Below are positions 17,615-26,650 of a DNA stretch of 32,000 bases, one piece after another. How positions within the stretch are numbered: position 1 is the stretch's first letter; each line of letters starts with the position of its first letter. The position numbers were made by a program, and so were the translations under genes. Location: the NCBI GenBank assembly GCA_035697245.1, contig DASSDH010000109.1:11396-43395 (forward strand). Reading direction: 5' to 3'. The DNA comes from Jiangellaceae bacterium. GTDB lineage: Bacteria; Actinomycetota; Actinomycetes; Jiangellales; Jiangellaceae. The notes beneath the pieces were generated by a model. That model ran no database searches. It saw only the letters and a program-made list of their open reading frames with translations, and was not told where the DNA came from.

Positions 17615-19063
17615 GTGACCGGACCCGCCAACGAGGCCCAGCGCAGGGGCGTCCGCCAGCTGCTGCGGATTGCGCCCGTTGCCGACGAACTGGGCTCCCG
17701 ATTCTCGGCCGCAGGTCACGACATCGCGCTCGTCGGCGGGTCGGTTCGCGACGCGATGCTCGATCGGCTGGGCAACGACCTGGACCTGGCCACGTCCGCG
17801 CATCCGGCGCAGACCAAGCGCCTGTTGTCGGGATGGGCGGATTCTGTCTGGGATGTCGGCGCGGCATTCGGAACCATCGGTGCGACCAAGAACGGGTTCC
17901 ACATCGAGGTCACGACTTATCGCGCCGACGCGTACGACCCGGCAAGCCGAAAGCCGGAGGTCTCCTACGGCGAGTCGATCTACGAAGATCTGGTTCGACG
18001 GGATTTCACGATCAACGCGATGGCCGTAAAGCTTCCTTCTCGTGAATTCGTCGATCCGCACGATGGTCTGACCGACCTGGCGCGCCGGGTCATCCAGACA
18101 CCGTCGACGCCGGAATCGTCGTTCTCCGACGACCCGCTGCGGATGCTTCGGGCCGCGCGGTTCGCAGCGCAGCTCGGCTTCGAGGTCAGCCCGGAGGTCG
18201 TCACGGCGATGACCAACATGGCCGACCGGATCGGCATCGTGTCCGCCGAGCGAATCCGGGACGAGTTGGTGAAGCTGATCCTGTCCGACCGGCCCCGGCC
18301 CGGGCTCACCCTGCTCGTCGACACCGGCCTGGCGGACCTGGTCCTGCCGGAGCTGACGGCGTTGCGGATGGAGATCGACGAGCATCACCGGCACAAGAAC
18401 GTGTACGAACACTCGCTGACAGTCCTCGATCAGGCAATCGAGCTGGAGGACCGCCTGCCTGACGGCGGGCCCGACCTCGTGACTCGGCTTGCCGCGGCGC
18501 TGCACGACATCGGCAAACCCCGCACTCGTCGATTCGAGCCCGGCGGCGGCGTGAGTTTCCACCACCATGACGTCGTCGGCGCCAAGATGGCTCGCAAGCG
18601 GCTGAGCGCGCTGAGATTCCCCGGTAGCGTGGTCGACGACGTCTCCGCGCTCGTCGGACTTCACCTGCGGTTCCACGGCTACGGGAGCGGTGAGTGGACC
18701 GACTCGGCGATTCGCAGATACGTACGTGATGCCGGCCAACTGCTCGAGCGGCTGCATGTGCTCACGCGCGCGGACTGCACGACCCGCAACCAGCGCAAGG
18801 CCCTCGCGCTGCGTCGCTCGTACGACAGCCTGGAGGAACGGATCGCGCAACTGTCCGCGCAGGAGGAGCTCGCCGCGATCCGGCCCGACCTCGACGGTCA
18901 CCAGATCATGAAGATCCTCGGTATTGCGCCGGGACCGCTGGTCGGCCGGGCGTATCGGCATCTGTTGGAGCTGCGCCTCGATCGTGGCCCGCTGCCTGCC
19001 GACAAAGCCCGCGACGAGCTGCTGCGCTGGTGGGCCGACCAACCGGAGAACGCCGCCCGGTGA
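17615..19063 (+). CDS. cca: CCA tRNA nucleotidyltransferase / poly(A) polymerase family protein (PcnA)
   Basis: [24 protein letters not shown] (the class II nucleotidyltransferase GGxVRD...DxD motif), [10 protein letters not shown], and a C-terminal HD domain ([12 protein letters not shown]...LHDIGKP). Confidence 0.9.
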   Translation: MTGPANEAQRRGVRQLLRIAPVADELGSRFSAAGHDIALVGGSVRDAMLDRLGNDLDLATSAHPAQTKRLLSGWADSVWDVGAAFGTIGATKNGFHIEVTTYRADAYDPASRKPEVSYGESIYEDLVRRDFTINAMAVKLPSREFVDPHDGLTDLARRVIQTPSTPESSFSDDPLRMLRAARFAAQLGFEVSPEVVTAMTNMADRIGIVSAERIRDELVKLILSDRPRPGLTLLVDTGLADLVLPELTALRMEIDEHHRHKNVYEHSLTVLDQAIELEDRLPDGGPDLVTRLAAALHDIGKPRTRRFEPGGGVSFHHHDVVGAKMARKRLSALRFPGSVVDDVSALVGLHLRFHGYGSGEWTDSAIRRYVRDAGQLLERLHVLTRADCTTRNQRKALALRRSYDSLEERIAQLSAQEELAAIRPDLDGHQIMKILGIAPGPLVGRAYRHLLELRLDRGPLPADKARDELLRWWADQPENAAR

Positions 19064-19094
19064 TTGTCGTGTTATTTGTATGGGTCGTGGCTCG

Positions 19095-20423
19095 CTACTC
19101 GGCCACTCGATCGGGCTGAGCCGCCGGGCTGACGACTGGAGCCTGGTCGGGCCGGCGGGAACTGACTCTCGCGTACCAGAACGCGGTCGCGCCGTAGCCA
19201 GCGGACACGATGCAGGTGACGGCAATGGACTTGCCCGACTGAGGCAACGTCAACGCCGCGAACGTCGCGGCGGCGACGAACGTCACGTTGAACAAGACGT
19301 CGTAAAAGGAGAACACCCGGCCGCGAAACGCGTCGTCCACGTTCTGTTGGACCAACGTGTCCACGACGATCTTGATGCCCTGCGCGACGATTCCCAGGAA
19401 GAATGCCGCGATCAAGATCGCCGGCAGTGTGAACAGGGCACCGGGAACGATGCCGACGACGGCGCCGATAGTCAGCAGGATGACGATCCAGGTCTCCTTG
19501 CGCATCCGCCGCGCTGCGATCGGAGTGGCCAGTGCTGCGACCACGAAGCCGATCCCCGAGATGGCCAGGACCGAGGCAAGCGTGGCGAGTCCCGCATCGA
19601 CCTCGATTGGTTCGTGGAAGTAGTTGCGGCAGAGCAGGATCATGGCCACGGTCGAGATGCCGTAGAAGAAGCGGTGGGCCCCGATCACCGTAAGACCCCA
19701 AGCCGCCGGCCGCCGTTGGCCGACATGCCTGCCCGCCTCGATCAGGCCTGCCACGACATTGCGGATCGCGGCCCGGGCGGAGGGACGTTGCGGGTCGTCG
19801 TCAGGCCCGAGCAGATCCCGATGCAAAAGCAATGCCAGCAGCCCTGCCGACAGGTAGAGCGCAGCCGTGGCAAGTGCGAGAACGAGGTCCGAGCCGGTGA
19901 GCTGACGAACCAAGAACCCCAACGCAATGCCCGACATCGCGGCTGCCGTCCCGCTCGTCGGGAACACCGCGTTTGCCATGACCAACTCGTTCCGAGGAAC
20001 GACATGGGGGAGTGAGGCGCTCAAACCAGCCAGGATGAAACGGTTGGCGGAGAGTACCGCGAGCGCCGTCGAGAACAGCGCGATCCCCGCGCCACCGCCG
20101 GCGACGAGGCCGGCTACGAGCACCACCAACGCAGCGCGAACGATATTGGCGACCAGCAGCACCTGCCGTCGTCGCCACCGGTCCAAGACCACACCCGCGA
20201 ACGGCCCGACCAGCGAGTACGGCAAGAGCAGGACCGCGAACGCCTGCGCTGCCGCAGGCGCGGTGGCATGGCGCTCCGGTGAGAAAAACACGTATGACGC
20301 CATCGCCACCTGGAAGGCGCCGTCGCCGAGCTGCCCGCACACTCGGATGGCGAAGAGGCGCCGAAATCCGCGCCCACGCAGGACGGTGCGCAGGTCCGCG
20401 ACGAACGCGCCGGCCGGGCCCAC
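19095..20423 (-). CDS. MFS transporter (EntS/MFS_3-like, 12 TM)
   Basis: FRRLFAIRVCGQLGDGAFQVAMASYVFF...GPFAGVVLDRWRRRQVLLVANIVRAALV has the MFS loop 2-3 motif (DRxxRR). Hydrophobic throughout. The start is 29 nt after the cvnD stop. Confidence 0.85.
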   Translation of the reverse strand: MGPAGAFVADLRTVLRGRGFRRLFAIRVCGQLGDGAFQVAMASYVFFSPERHATAPAAAQAFAVLLLPYSLVGPFAGVVLDRWRRRQVLLVANIVRAALVVLVAGLVAGGGAGIALFSTALAVLSANRFILAGLSASLPHVVPRNELVMANAVFPTSGTAAAMSGIALGFLVRQLTGSDLVLALATAALYLSAGLLALLLHRDLLGPDDDPQRPSARAAIRNVVAGLIEAGRHVGQRRPAAWGLTVIGAHRFFYGISTVAMILLCRNYFHEPIEVDAGLATLASVLAISGIGFVVAALATPIAARRMRKETWIVILLTIGAVVGIVPGALFTLPAILIAAFFLGIVAQGIKIVVDTLVQQNVDDAFRGRVFSFYDVLFNVTFVAAATFAALTLPQSGKSIAVTCIVSAGYGATAFWYARVSSRRPDQAPVVSPAAQPDRVAE

Positions 20424-20452
20424 ACCCGAAGCCTAGGCGGGATGCTGGCCCG

Positions 20453-21049
20453 TCAGCCTTGCCGGACGATCGCCATGGCATGCTCGACGAGGGTGACAAG
20501 CACGTTCTTCACCGACTCTCGCTCACGGGCATCGGTCACGACAAACGGCACCTCGGGTCCGAGCTGGAGCGCCTCGCGGACCTCGTCGACGTCGTGCAGG
20601 AGAATTCCGTCGAATGCGTTGAGCGCCACGATGAACGGGATGCCGCGTTGTTCGACATAGTCGACGGCCCCGAAGCAGTCAGCGAGCCGCCGGGTGTCCA
20701 CCAGCACGACCGCACCGATGGCACCCCGGGTGATGTCATCCCACATGAACCAGAACCGGTCCTGGCCGGGTGTGCCGAACAGGTACAGGACGAGGTCCTC
20801 GGCAAGGGTGATTCGCCCGAAGTCCATGGCCACCGTCGTGGTCGTCTTGTCCGGCAGCATCGTCAGGTCGTCAACCGGGGCGGACGCCTCGGTCATCAAG
20901 GCCTCGGTGCGGAGCGGCTCGATCTCACTGACCGCTCCGACTAACGTCGTCTTCCCGACGCCGAAGCCGCCGGCGACGACGATCTTGACCGAGAGGGCAT
21001 CGTGGACGGCGTTCGCACCGTCCGCGACCTCAGAGTCGACGAAGGCCAT
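20453..21049 (-). CDS. cvnD: Conservon small GTPase (ATP/GTP-binding protein CvnD, MglA/Ras-like)
   Basis: P-loop KIVVAGGFGVGKTTLV, switch II LFGTPGQDRF, then VLVDTRR and ALNAFD. Confidence 0.9.
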   Translation of the reverse strand: MAFVDSEVADGANAVHDALSVKIVVAGGFGVGKTTLVGAVSEIEPLRTEALMTEASAPVDDLTMLPDKTTTTVAMDFGRITLAEDLVLYLFGTPGQDRFWFMWDDITRGAIGAVVLVDTRRLADCFGAVDYVEQRGIPFIVALNAFDGILLHDVDEVREALQLGPEVPFVVTDARERESVKNVLVTLVEHAMAIVRQG

Positions 21050-21392
21050 CCCTCACCCTTTCGAGCACACTCAGGTCGCGGGCTGGCTCCACCCGGCCGC
21101 TGTAGGCCACATGTGGATCCGCGACGTGGACTAGGCCTTCGGCCTCGAGATCTGCAACGAGGACCCGGGCGACGCCCAGCGGGATCCGCACGATGGCTGC
21201 CACCTCGGCGACCGATCGGGGCGCGTGGCAGATGCGCAAGATGCGCTCACGCTCGGGCTCAGGGTCGATGCTTCGTGAGCGACCAGCCCGGGTCGAGGAC
21301 ACCAGCGCCTCGAGTGCCGTCTCCTGGACCGGACGGGTACGCCCGCGCGTCGCCAGGTATGGGCGGACCCGCCCACCGTCAGGCGCCGCCAT
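21030..21392 (-). CDS. cvnC: Conservon DUF742 protein (CvnC)
   Basis: VRPYLATRGRTRP...ILRICHAPRSVAEVAAIVRIPLGVARVLVADLEAEGLV is the DUF742 pattern (wHTH-like). It overlaps the cvnD start by 20 nt. Confidence 0.85.
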   Translation of the reverse strand: MAAPDGGRVRPYLATRGRTRPVQETALEALVSSTRAGRSRSIDPEPERERILRICHAPRSVAEVAAIVRIPLGVARVLVADLEAEGLVHVADPHVAYSGRVEPARDLSVLERVRDGLRRL

Positions 21393-21419
21393 CGGTTTCT
21401 TCCGTTCGGGCCGTCATGG

Positions 21420-21815
21420 TCACCCGACCCGTGCCGCCGGACTCAGCACCACGCCGACCCGCTCCACCAAGAGCGCCATCTCGTAACCTACCTGGCCCAG
21501 GTCGGAGTCCGCGCCAGACAACACAGCCAGGTGCGCCCCGTCTCGGATGGCCATGACCAGCAGAAATCCCTTCGACATCTCCACCAGGGTCTGCTGGACC
21601 TGGCCGGCAGCGAGGATCATCGAGGCCCCCACGGTCAGGCTGGCCAGGCCGGACACGACAGCTGCGAGTTGCTCGCCGCGCTCCCTGGGCAATCCCTGCG
21701 AACCGGCCAAGTGCAAGCCGTCGGCAGAGACGACGACGGCATGCGCCGCACCCGGCGTACGGTCGACGAACCGGTCGAGCAACCAGCCGAGCTCGTCGGT
21801 GCGGACGCTGGTCAC
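21420..21815 (-). CDS. cvnB: Conservon roadblock/LC7 protein (CvnB, MglB-like)
   Basis: LGWLLDRFVDRTPGAAHAVVVSADGLHLA...LAAVVSGLASL...LVEMSKGFLLVMAI is a Robl_LC7 pattern. I call GTG 21815, which forms a GTGA overlap with the cvnA stop, rather than the track start at 21857. Confidence 0.85.
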   Translation of the reverse strand: MTSVRTDELGWLLDRFVDRTPGAAHAVVVSADGLHLAGSQGLPRERGEQLAAVVSGLASLTVGASMILAAGQVQQTLVEMSKGFLLVMAIRDGAHLAVLSGADSDLGQVGYEMALLVERVGVVLSPAARVG

Positions 21816-24616
21816 GGATCGCTCCTCTCGGGGTCGTCGGGCCGCTTCGGCACCCATCCGCCGGTGGCCTCCCGACCGCGGCTGACGCCGCGTTGCAAGT
21901 TGGACAACGTCGAGGCGACCTTGGTGGCATCCTGCTGGGTCGCCTCATGGCTGGTGCCGGGCGCCTCGCCGGCCAGCTCGGCGATGGATCCGGGAATCAT
22001 TGTCGCGCCGCGGCGGCGCATAGGCAGGCCGGCCGAGCTGAACGCCAGCTCGTCGGCGGGCTGAGGCGGCGCGTCATCGCCGACGGAGGGCGGCGGGGGT
22101 TCGGACAGCACGGACGCGGTGGCATCTGGGGAAGCATGGGCTCGACGTGCGTTCGCGGCCTCCTCCGCGGTCTTCAACGCAGCGGCGGCTCGCAGCCAGC
22201 CCTCGTCCGCCGGGCTGGACCACTCGATTTCGCCGCCACCGCTTTGGAACCATGCCGACTTCACCTGCTCGAAGATCGGCGAGTCGGCCTCGGGCAGTGG
22301 GGGTTCTGGAGCACGCAGTGAGCGGACCGGCTGTCGTGGCGATTCCTCGGATGGCCGAGCACCAGGGTGAGCAGCCGATCCGTTGGTGCCCGGCTGGCCG
22401 ACGGGTTGGCCGCCGCTCAATTGGCCGTTGACGGGCTGCAACGGGCGCCCGGGCGGCCGAACCGGGAGCTGCTCGCCAGTGCCGGCTGCAGGCGGCACCG
22501 CCGTCGGCTCGCCCTCGCGCGCCGGGCGACCGTCGGCGTCGCCGTCGAGCAGCATCGGCTGCGGCCCCTCGATTACTGCTGGAATGACCCGGTCGCCAGT
22601 GTCCAGGGGGGAAAGGATGATCGACGCCGGCAGATCGACCTGGGCCAGCGTGCCGTTCGGGGTTCCCGGCGCCAGGCGCACGAGGATTCCATGCCGTGCG
22701 GCCAAGCGGGCGACGACGTAGAGCCCCAGCGTTCTGGACGCGGCAACGTCGATGTCACCGGGCTCTCGAAGCCGCTCGTTGAGTTCGGCCAGCTGCTCGG
22801 GCGCGACGCCCAGGCCGGTGTCGGCAATTTGAATCCGCAGGCCGCCACCGAGCAGGGGCTGACTGGTGATCATGACCTGGGTGGATGGCGCAGAGAACTC
22901 GGTGGCGTTGTCGAGCAACTCGGCCAGGAGGTGTGCGATATCGTCCACGGCGCCGGCCGTGACCAGGTCCGTCGGCATGACGCCGAACTTCACCCGTGGA
23001 TACTGCTCGACCTCGCCTACCGCTGTTCGGACGACATCGAGGACCGGCGCTGCCGTACCCGCGCGGCGCATCTCCTCGACGCCGGCCAGAACCAGGAGGC
23101 TCTCGGCATGCCGGCGGACACGGGTGGCGAGGTGGTCGATGCGGAACAGGGTTCCGAGCTGGTCGGGGTCACGTTCACGCGACTCCAGACCCTCGATTTC
23201 GCCCAACTGACGGTCGACGAGCGACTGCGTACGCCGAGACAAGTTGACGACGATCGTGTCCAGATTCTGCCGGAGCAGCGCCTGTTCACCCGCTACCCGG
23301 ACCGCTGTGGAGTAGACGTCGTTGAATGCGTTCGCCACTTGGCCGATCTCGTCGGCGCCTTCTGGCTCGACGGCGTTGCCGACCTTGCGCACCACGGCAG
23401 GTCCGTCGTTGTGGATCCGCGACACCAGCGCGGGCAATTCGATGTCGGCGGTCTCGAGTGCCGCGCGGCGCAAACGGCGAAGCGGACCGTTGATCGAGCG
23501 GGCGACCGCGAGAGCCAGCACGACGGTCGCGGCAAGGAGTGCCAGGGCCAGCGCGCCGGTGAGAATCGCGGCGAGCCGCGCCTGGCCGGCCGCCTCGGAC
23601 GCCTTGCTGAGCACCTGACCGGAGACGACGTCCTGTATTCCGTCGAACACGTCCAGGCGCGTGGTGGCGGCCTCGTACCACGCCTCAGGCGTGATATCGG
23701 GCTCCTCGTCGGGCACCAGGGCGGCGTTGCGGATCTCCTCCATCGGCCCTCGAACGGCCGGGACCTGGCCGTAATACAGGGCCCTGACCTCAGGCTCGGC
23801 GAGTGCAACAAACCGCGCGAGCAGGTTGTCCTGCTCACCCCTGGAGATCGCCTCGCGTTGCCGCTCGGCATCCGACAGCGGCTCTCCGGAGGCCAGCACG
23901 TGGGCAAGCAGACCCCGCTCGATCGAGCCCGACTCCGTGGCCCGGGCCAGCGAGTCCAGCGCGCCGATCTGGAGCACGAGTTCGGGGTCGGCGGATTGAG
24001 TGCCGCTGGCTTGCACGAACCGGAACAGCGAGTTGACCATGTGGTGGTAGTCCTCGACGCCGGCCTCGTCGAAGGGCTCGAGCACGATGTCCCGGGAGCC
24101 GCGGTAAGCATTGAGCAGGGCGAGCTGAACAGTCGTGCCGCGCCGTGCCTCGGCCACCGCCGGGTCGACATCGTCAGGAAGCTCCGCCAGCCGATCGTTG
24201 AAAGCATCGATCGCCTCGTCGGTCGCGTTGCGAGCATCAGCGACCGCACCCTGCCCGGTGGCACCGACATCGAAGAGCCCGGAGATGTCCCGCTCGTCCT
24301 GCAGCCGTTCGGCAACGTCGAGGGCGGCGACGGTCACCTGGAGGTTGCGCTCGACGGCGGTCGCAGTCTGGAGCCGTTCGAGGGTGTCCTGGAGGACCAA
24401 GGCACCCAGAACGAGCGCACCGATCAGCGGAAGCAGGACCAGGAGCGCGATCCGCGAGCGGACGCTTCGATCGTGCAGGAATGACTGCCATGCCGACGCC
24501 ATTCGGTGTGGTCGCGGCTTGCCTCCGGTGGCCGGGACCGCCGCCCCCTCGTCGGTTCGGGCCCGCGTGGCGACTCCGGGAACAGGGCTCCGGTGTCCTC
24601 GCGGGTTGGACGTCAT
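21812..24616 (-). CDS. cvnA: Conservon membrane sensor, histidine-kinase-like ATPase (CvnA; TM-NIT-TM-HAMP-HATPase_c plus a Pro-rich tail)
   Basis: ATG 24616 has AGGAAGG 8 nt upstream; the track start at 24649 is a TTG. TM1 is IALLVLLPLIGALVLGALVL. A periplasmic region of about 290 aa resembles the nitrate/nitrite-sensing (NIT) domain. TM2 and HAMP follow. Kinase-like motifs are LFRIDHLATRVRRHAESLLVLAG, the N-box ELLDNATEFS and the G-box IADTGLGV. The last ~260 aa are P/A/G-rich. Confidence 0.85.
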   Translation of the reverse strand: MTSNPRGHRSPVPGVATRARTDEGAAVPATGGKPRPHRMASAWQSFLHDRSVRSRIALLVLLPLIGALVLGALVLQDTLERLQTATAVERNLQVTVAALDVAERLQDERDISGLFDVGATGQGAVADARNATDEAIDAFNDRLAELPDDVDPAVAEARRGTTVQLALLNAYRGSRDIVLEPFDEAGVEDYHHMVNSLFRFVQASGTQSADPELVLQIGALDSLARATESGSIERGLLAHVLASGEPLSDAERQREAISRGEQDNLLARFVALAEPEVRALYYGQVPAVRGPMEEIRNAALVPDEEPDITPEAWYEAATTRLDVFDGIQDVVSGQVLSKASEAAGQARLAAILTGALALALLAATVVLALAVARSINGPLRRLRRAALETADIELPALVSRIHNDGPAVVRKVGNAVEPEGADEIGQVANAFNDVYSTAVRVAGEQALLRQNLDTIVVNLSRRTQSLVDRQLGEIEGLESRERDPDQLGTLFRIDHLATRVRRHAESLLVLAGVEEMRRAGTAAPVLDVVRTAVGEVEQYPRVKFGVMPTDLVTAGAVDDIAHLLAELLDNATEFSAPSTQVMITSQPLLGGGLRIQIADTGLGVAPEQLAELNERLREPGDIDVAASRTLGLYVVARLAARHGILVRLAPGTPNGTLAQVDLPASIILSPLDTGDRVIPAVIEGPQPMLLDGDADGRPAREGEPTAVPPAAGTGEQLPVRPPGRPLQPVNGQLSGGQPVGQPGTNGSAAHPGARPSEESPRQPVRSLRAPEPPLPEADSPIFEQVKSAWFQSGGGEIEWSSPADEGWLRAAAALKTAEEAANARRAHASPDATASVLSEPPPPSVGDDAPPQPADELAFSSAGLPMRRRGATMIPGSIAELAGEAPGTSHEATQQDATKVASTLSNLQRGVSRGREATGGWVPKRPDDPERSDP

Positions 24617-24733
24617 CGGTCGATCCTTCCTGTTCTTCCCCTGGGGCAAGGGTCGGCAGCCGCGTCCAGCCGGGACGGCGCTGCCCCGGCTGCACGGTTA
24701 CACGGCATGAAACGGTAGACGACGCTTCCCATC

Positions 24734-24766
24734 CGGTCCGCAGGTGTCAATACTCCGCGGTCCGCA
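24734..24766. repeat. 9-bp perfect direct repeat flanking a TTGACA hexamer upstream of cvnA
   Basis: cggtccgca occurs at 24734-24742 and again at 24758-24766 (minus strand TGCGGACCG twice, 24-bp period). The copies bracket tgtcaa at 24744-24749 (minus strand TTGACA). Confidence 0.5.
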
Positions 24767-24848
24767 AAGTCATGAAGTGGACGCTCTAGAGTGCCCGATG
24801 ATCGGCAATCCCCCAAACCGATCGTGTCGGGACCATCGAGCGGGAAGG

Positions 24849-25928
24849 TCAGCGCTCGATCTCCCCAGCGATGAATCGCTCCACAAGATCGCGGCATACA
24901 TCGTCGGAGTATTGCTCCGGCGGTGACTTCATGAAGTAGGACGACGCCGAGAGGATCGGCCCGCCGATGCCGCGGTCCTTGGCGATCTTCGCTGCCCTGA
25001 TCGCGTCGATGACGATGCCGGCGGAGTTGGGCGAGTCCCAGACCTCGAGTTTGTACTCCAGGCTCAGCGGGACGTCGCCGAAGTTCCGGCCCTCGAGGCG
25101 GATGAACGCCCACTTGCGGTCGTCGAGCCATGCGACGTAGTCAGACGGTCCGATGTGGACGTTCCGGGGGGCGATCTCGTCGGTCAGCTGAGAGGTGACC
25201 GACTGCGTCTTGGAGACCTTCTTGGATTCCAGGCGTTCGCGCTCGAGCATGTTCTTGAAGTCCATGTTGCCACCGACGTTGAGCTGGTACGTGCGGTCGA
25301 CGGTGACCCCGCGGTCCCCGAACAGCTTGGCGAGGACACGGTGGGTGATGGTGGCGCCGATCTGGGACTTGATGTCGTCGCCGATGATTGGCACACCGGC
25401 AGCGGTGAACTTGTCGGCCCACTCCTTCGTTCCGGCGATGAAGACCGGCAGCGCGTTGACGAACGCAACGCCGGCCTCGATCGCGCACTGCGCGTAGAAC
25501 TTGGCGGCTTGCTCGGAGCCCACGGGCAGGTAGCACACCAGGACGTCGGCCCGGGCCGCCCGTAGAGCAGCGACGACATCGACGGGGACGTCATCGGACT
25601 CGGCGATCGTCTCGCGGTAGTACTTCCCGAGTCCGTCGAGAGTGTGTCCACGCTGGACCATCACGCCCGTCGGTGGCACGTCACAGATCTTGATCGTGTT
25701 GTTCTCGCTGGCGCCGATGGCATCCGCCAGGTCGATGCCGACCTTCTTGGCGTCGACGTCGAACGCGGCGACGAACTCGACGTCCCGCACGTGGTAGTCG
25801 CCGAACTGAACGTGCATCAGCCCGGGCACCTTCTGGGCGGGGTCGGCGTCGCGGTAGTAGTGCACGCCTTGGACGAGGGACGCGGAGCAGTTGCCCACGC
25901 CCACGATTGCTACCCGGATCGAGCTCAT
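24849..25928 (-). CDS. ino1: myo-Inositol-1-phosphate synthase
   Basis: [25 protein letters not shown]...[21 protein letters not shown]...[11 protein letters not shown] is the actinobacterial Ino1 signature. ATG 25928 is preferred over the track start at 25949. Confidence 0.95.
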   Translation of the reverse strand: MSSIRVAIVGVGNCSASLVQGVHYYRDADPAQKVPGLMHVQFGDYHVRDVEFVAAFDVDAKKVGIDLADAIGASENNTIKICDVPPTGVMVQRGHTLDGLGKYYRETIAESDDVPVDVVAALRAARADVLVCYLPVGSEQAAKFYAQCAIEAGVAFVNALPVFIAGTKEWADKFTAAGVPIIGDDIKSQIGATITHRVLAKLFGDRGVTVDRTYQLNVGGNMDFKNMLERERLESKKVSKTQSVTSQLTDEIAPRNVHIGPSDYVAWLDDRKWAFIRLEGRNFGDVPLSLEYKLEVWDSPNSAGIVIDAIRAAKIAKDRGIGGPILSASSYFMKSPPEQYSDDVCRDLVERFIAGEIER

Positions 25929-25945
25929 CGGCTCTGGTTCCCTTC

Positions 25946-26572
25946 TCACTCTGCAGGGCGGACCGGTGAACCGGCTCGCGGGCGGGACGCGGCGCCCCGC
26001 CTCTTGACTTGGTGGCCCCCCAGATCTGACTCTCGCCGCTCCGACGCAATGAGTTCGTCGAGCCAGCGGACCTCCCGCTCCACCGACTCCAACCCGTGGT
26101 TCTGCAGCTCGAGGGTGTAGATGTCGAGCCGGCGACGGGTCCGCTGCACCGCCGAGCGGAACTGCTCGAGCCGTTCCTGGAGCCGGCTGCGGCGACCCTC
26201 GAGAATCCGCAAGCGAGTGGCGGCGTCGGCTCGCGCAAAGAAGGCGAAGTGCACACCGAACTGCTCGTCGTCCCAGGACGATGGACCCGCCTGGCCGAGT
26301 AGGTCGGCGAAGCGCTCCTTGCCCTCCGCGGTGAGTTTATAGACGATCTTGCTCCGTCGGTTTCCGAGGTATGCCGGCTCGCCGGAGGCGTCCTCCACCA
26401 GATATCCGCGACGAAGGAGCTCCTTCAGGCAGGGATAGAGAGTGCCGTACGAGAACGCTCGGCCCCACCCGAGCAGTGCATTCACTTGCTTGCGAAGCTC
26501 GTACCCGTGCATAGGGGCGTCGTGGAGAAGGCCGAGGACGGCCAGCTCCAGCGCTTCTGCACGCTTTCCCAA
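25946..26572 (-). CDS. PadR-family transcriptional regulator (with C-terminal PadR_C-like helical domain)
   Basis: [51 protein letters not shown]...[12 protein letters not shown] is a PadR wHTH. The track start at 26785 is over-extended. The nearest in-frame start before the wHTH is TTG 26572, so the start is uncertain. The stop lies 17 nt before the ino1 ATG. Confidence 0.75.
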   Translation of the reverse strand: MGKRAEALELAVLGLLHDAPMHGYELRKQVNALLGWGRAFSYGTLYPCLKELLRRGYLVEDASGEPAYLGNRRSKIVYKLTAEGKERFADLLGQAGPSSWDDEQFGVHFAFFARADAATRLRILEGRRSRLQERLEQFRSAVQRTRRRLDIYTLELQNHGLESVEREVRWLDELIASERRESDLGGHQVKRRGAASRPRAGSPVRPAE

Positions 26573-26604
26573 CTCCGTGCTGCCTCTCTGGAGAATCTCA
26601 GTGC

Positions 26605-26625
26605 GATGTATCGGTGCGATACATC
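26605..26625. promoter_or_regulatory. Perfect 9+9 inverted repeat GATGTATCG-gtg-CGATACATC (candidate PadR operator)
   Basis: Located 33-53 nt upstream of the proposed padR start. It contains ATGT...ACAT half-sites, which are reminiscent of PadR-family operators. Confidence 0.45.
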
Positions 26626-26640
26626 CCAGTGATAGATTGG

Positions 26641-26650
26641 ACCATATGGT
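26641..26650. promoter_or_regulatory. Palindrome ACCATATGGT giving TATGGT (-10-like, TANNNT) on both strands
   Basis: An AT-rich 10-bp palindrome in the padR / PBP divergent intergenic region. Minus-strand TATGGT is at 26646-26641 and plus-strand TATGGT at 26645-26650. Confidence 0.3.

Noticed and set aside
19064-19094. AT-richer 31-bp spacer (gtgttatttgtatgg) between the convergent cca and MFS genes
   Set aside because: I found no stable hairpin or repeat. It is probably just a relaxed-composition intergenic spacer.
17405-19225. 606-aa minus-strand ORF spanning cca and both flanking gaps
   Set aside because: It is antisense to cca, which has nucleotidyltransferase and HD motifs. It would also run through the nudix N-terminus and the MFS C-terminus. 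No recognisable domains.
22367-24484. 705-aa plus-strand ORF antisense to cvnA, and the 340-aa minus-strand alternative frame 23293-24315
   Set aside because: They are in the opposite or shifted frame of a gene with clear TM/HAMP/HATPase motifs. Their composition is dominated by R/G/D/Q.
24790-24830. Weak hairpin (GATCGG...CCGATC) downstream of the ino1 stop as a possible terminator
   Set aside because: The stem is only 6 bp with a mismatch-prone extension and there is no U-tract. This is not convincing as an intrinsic terminator.
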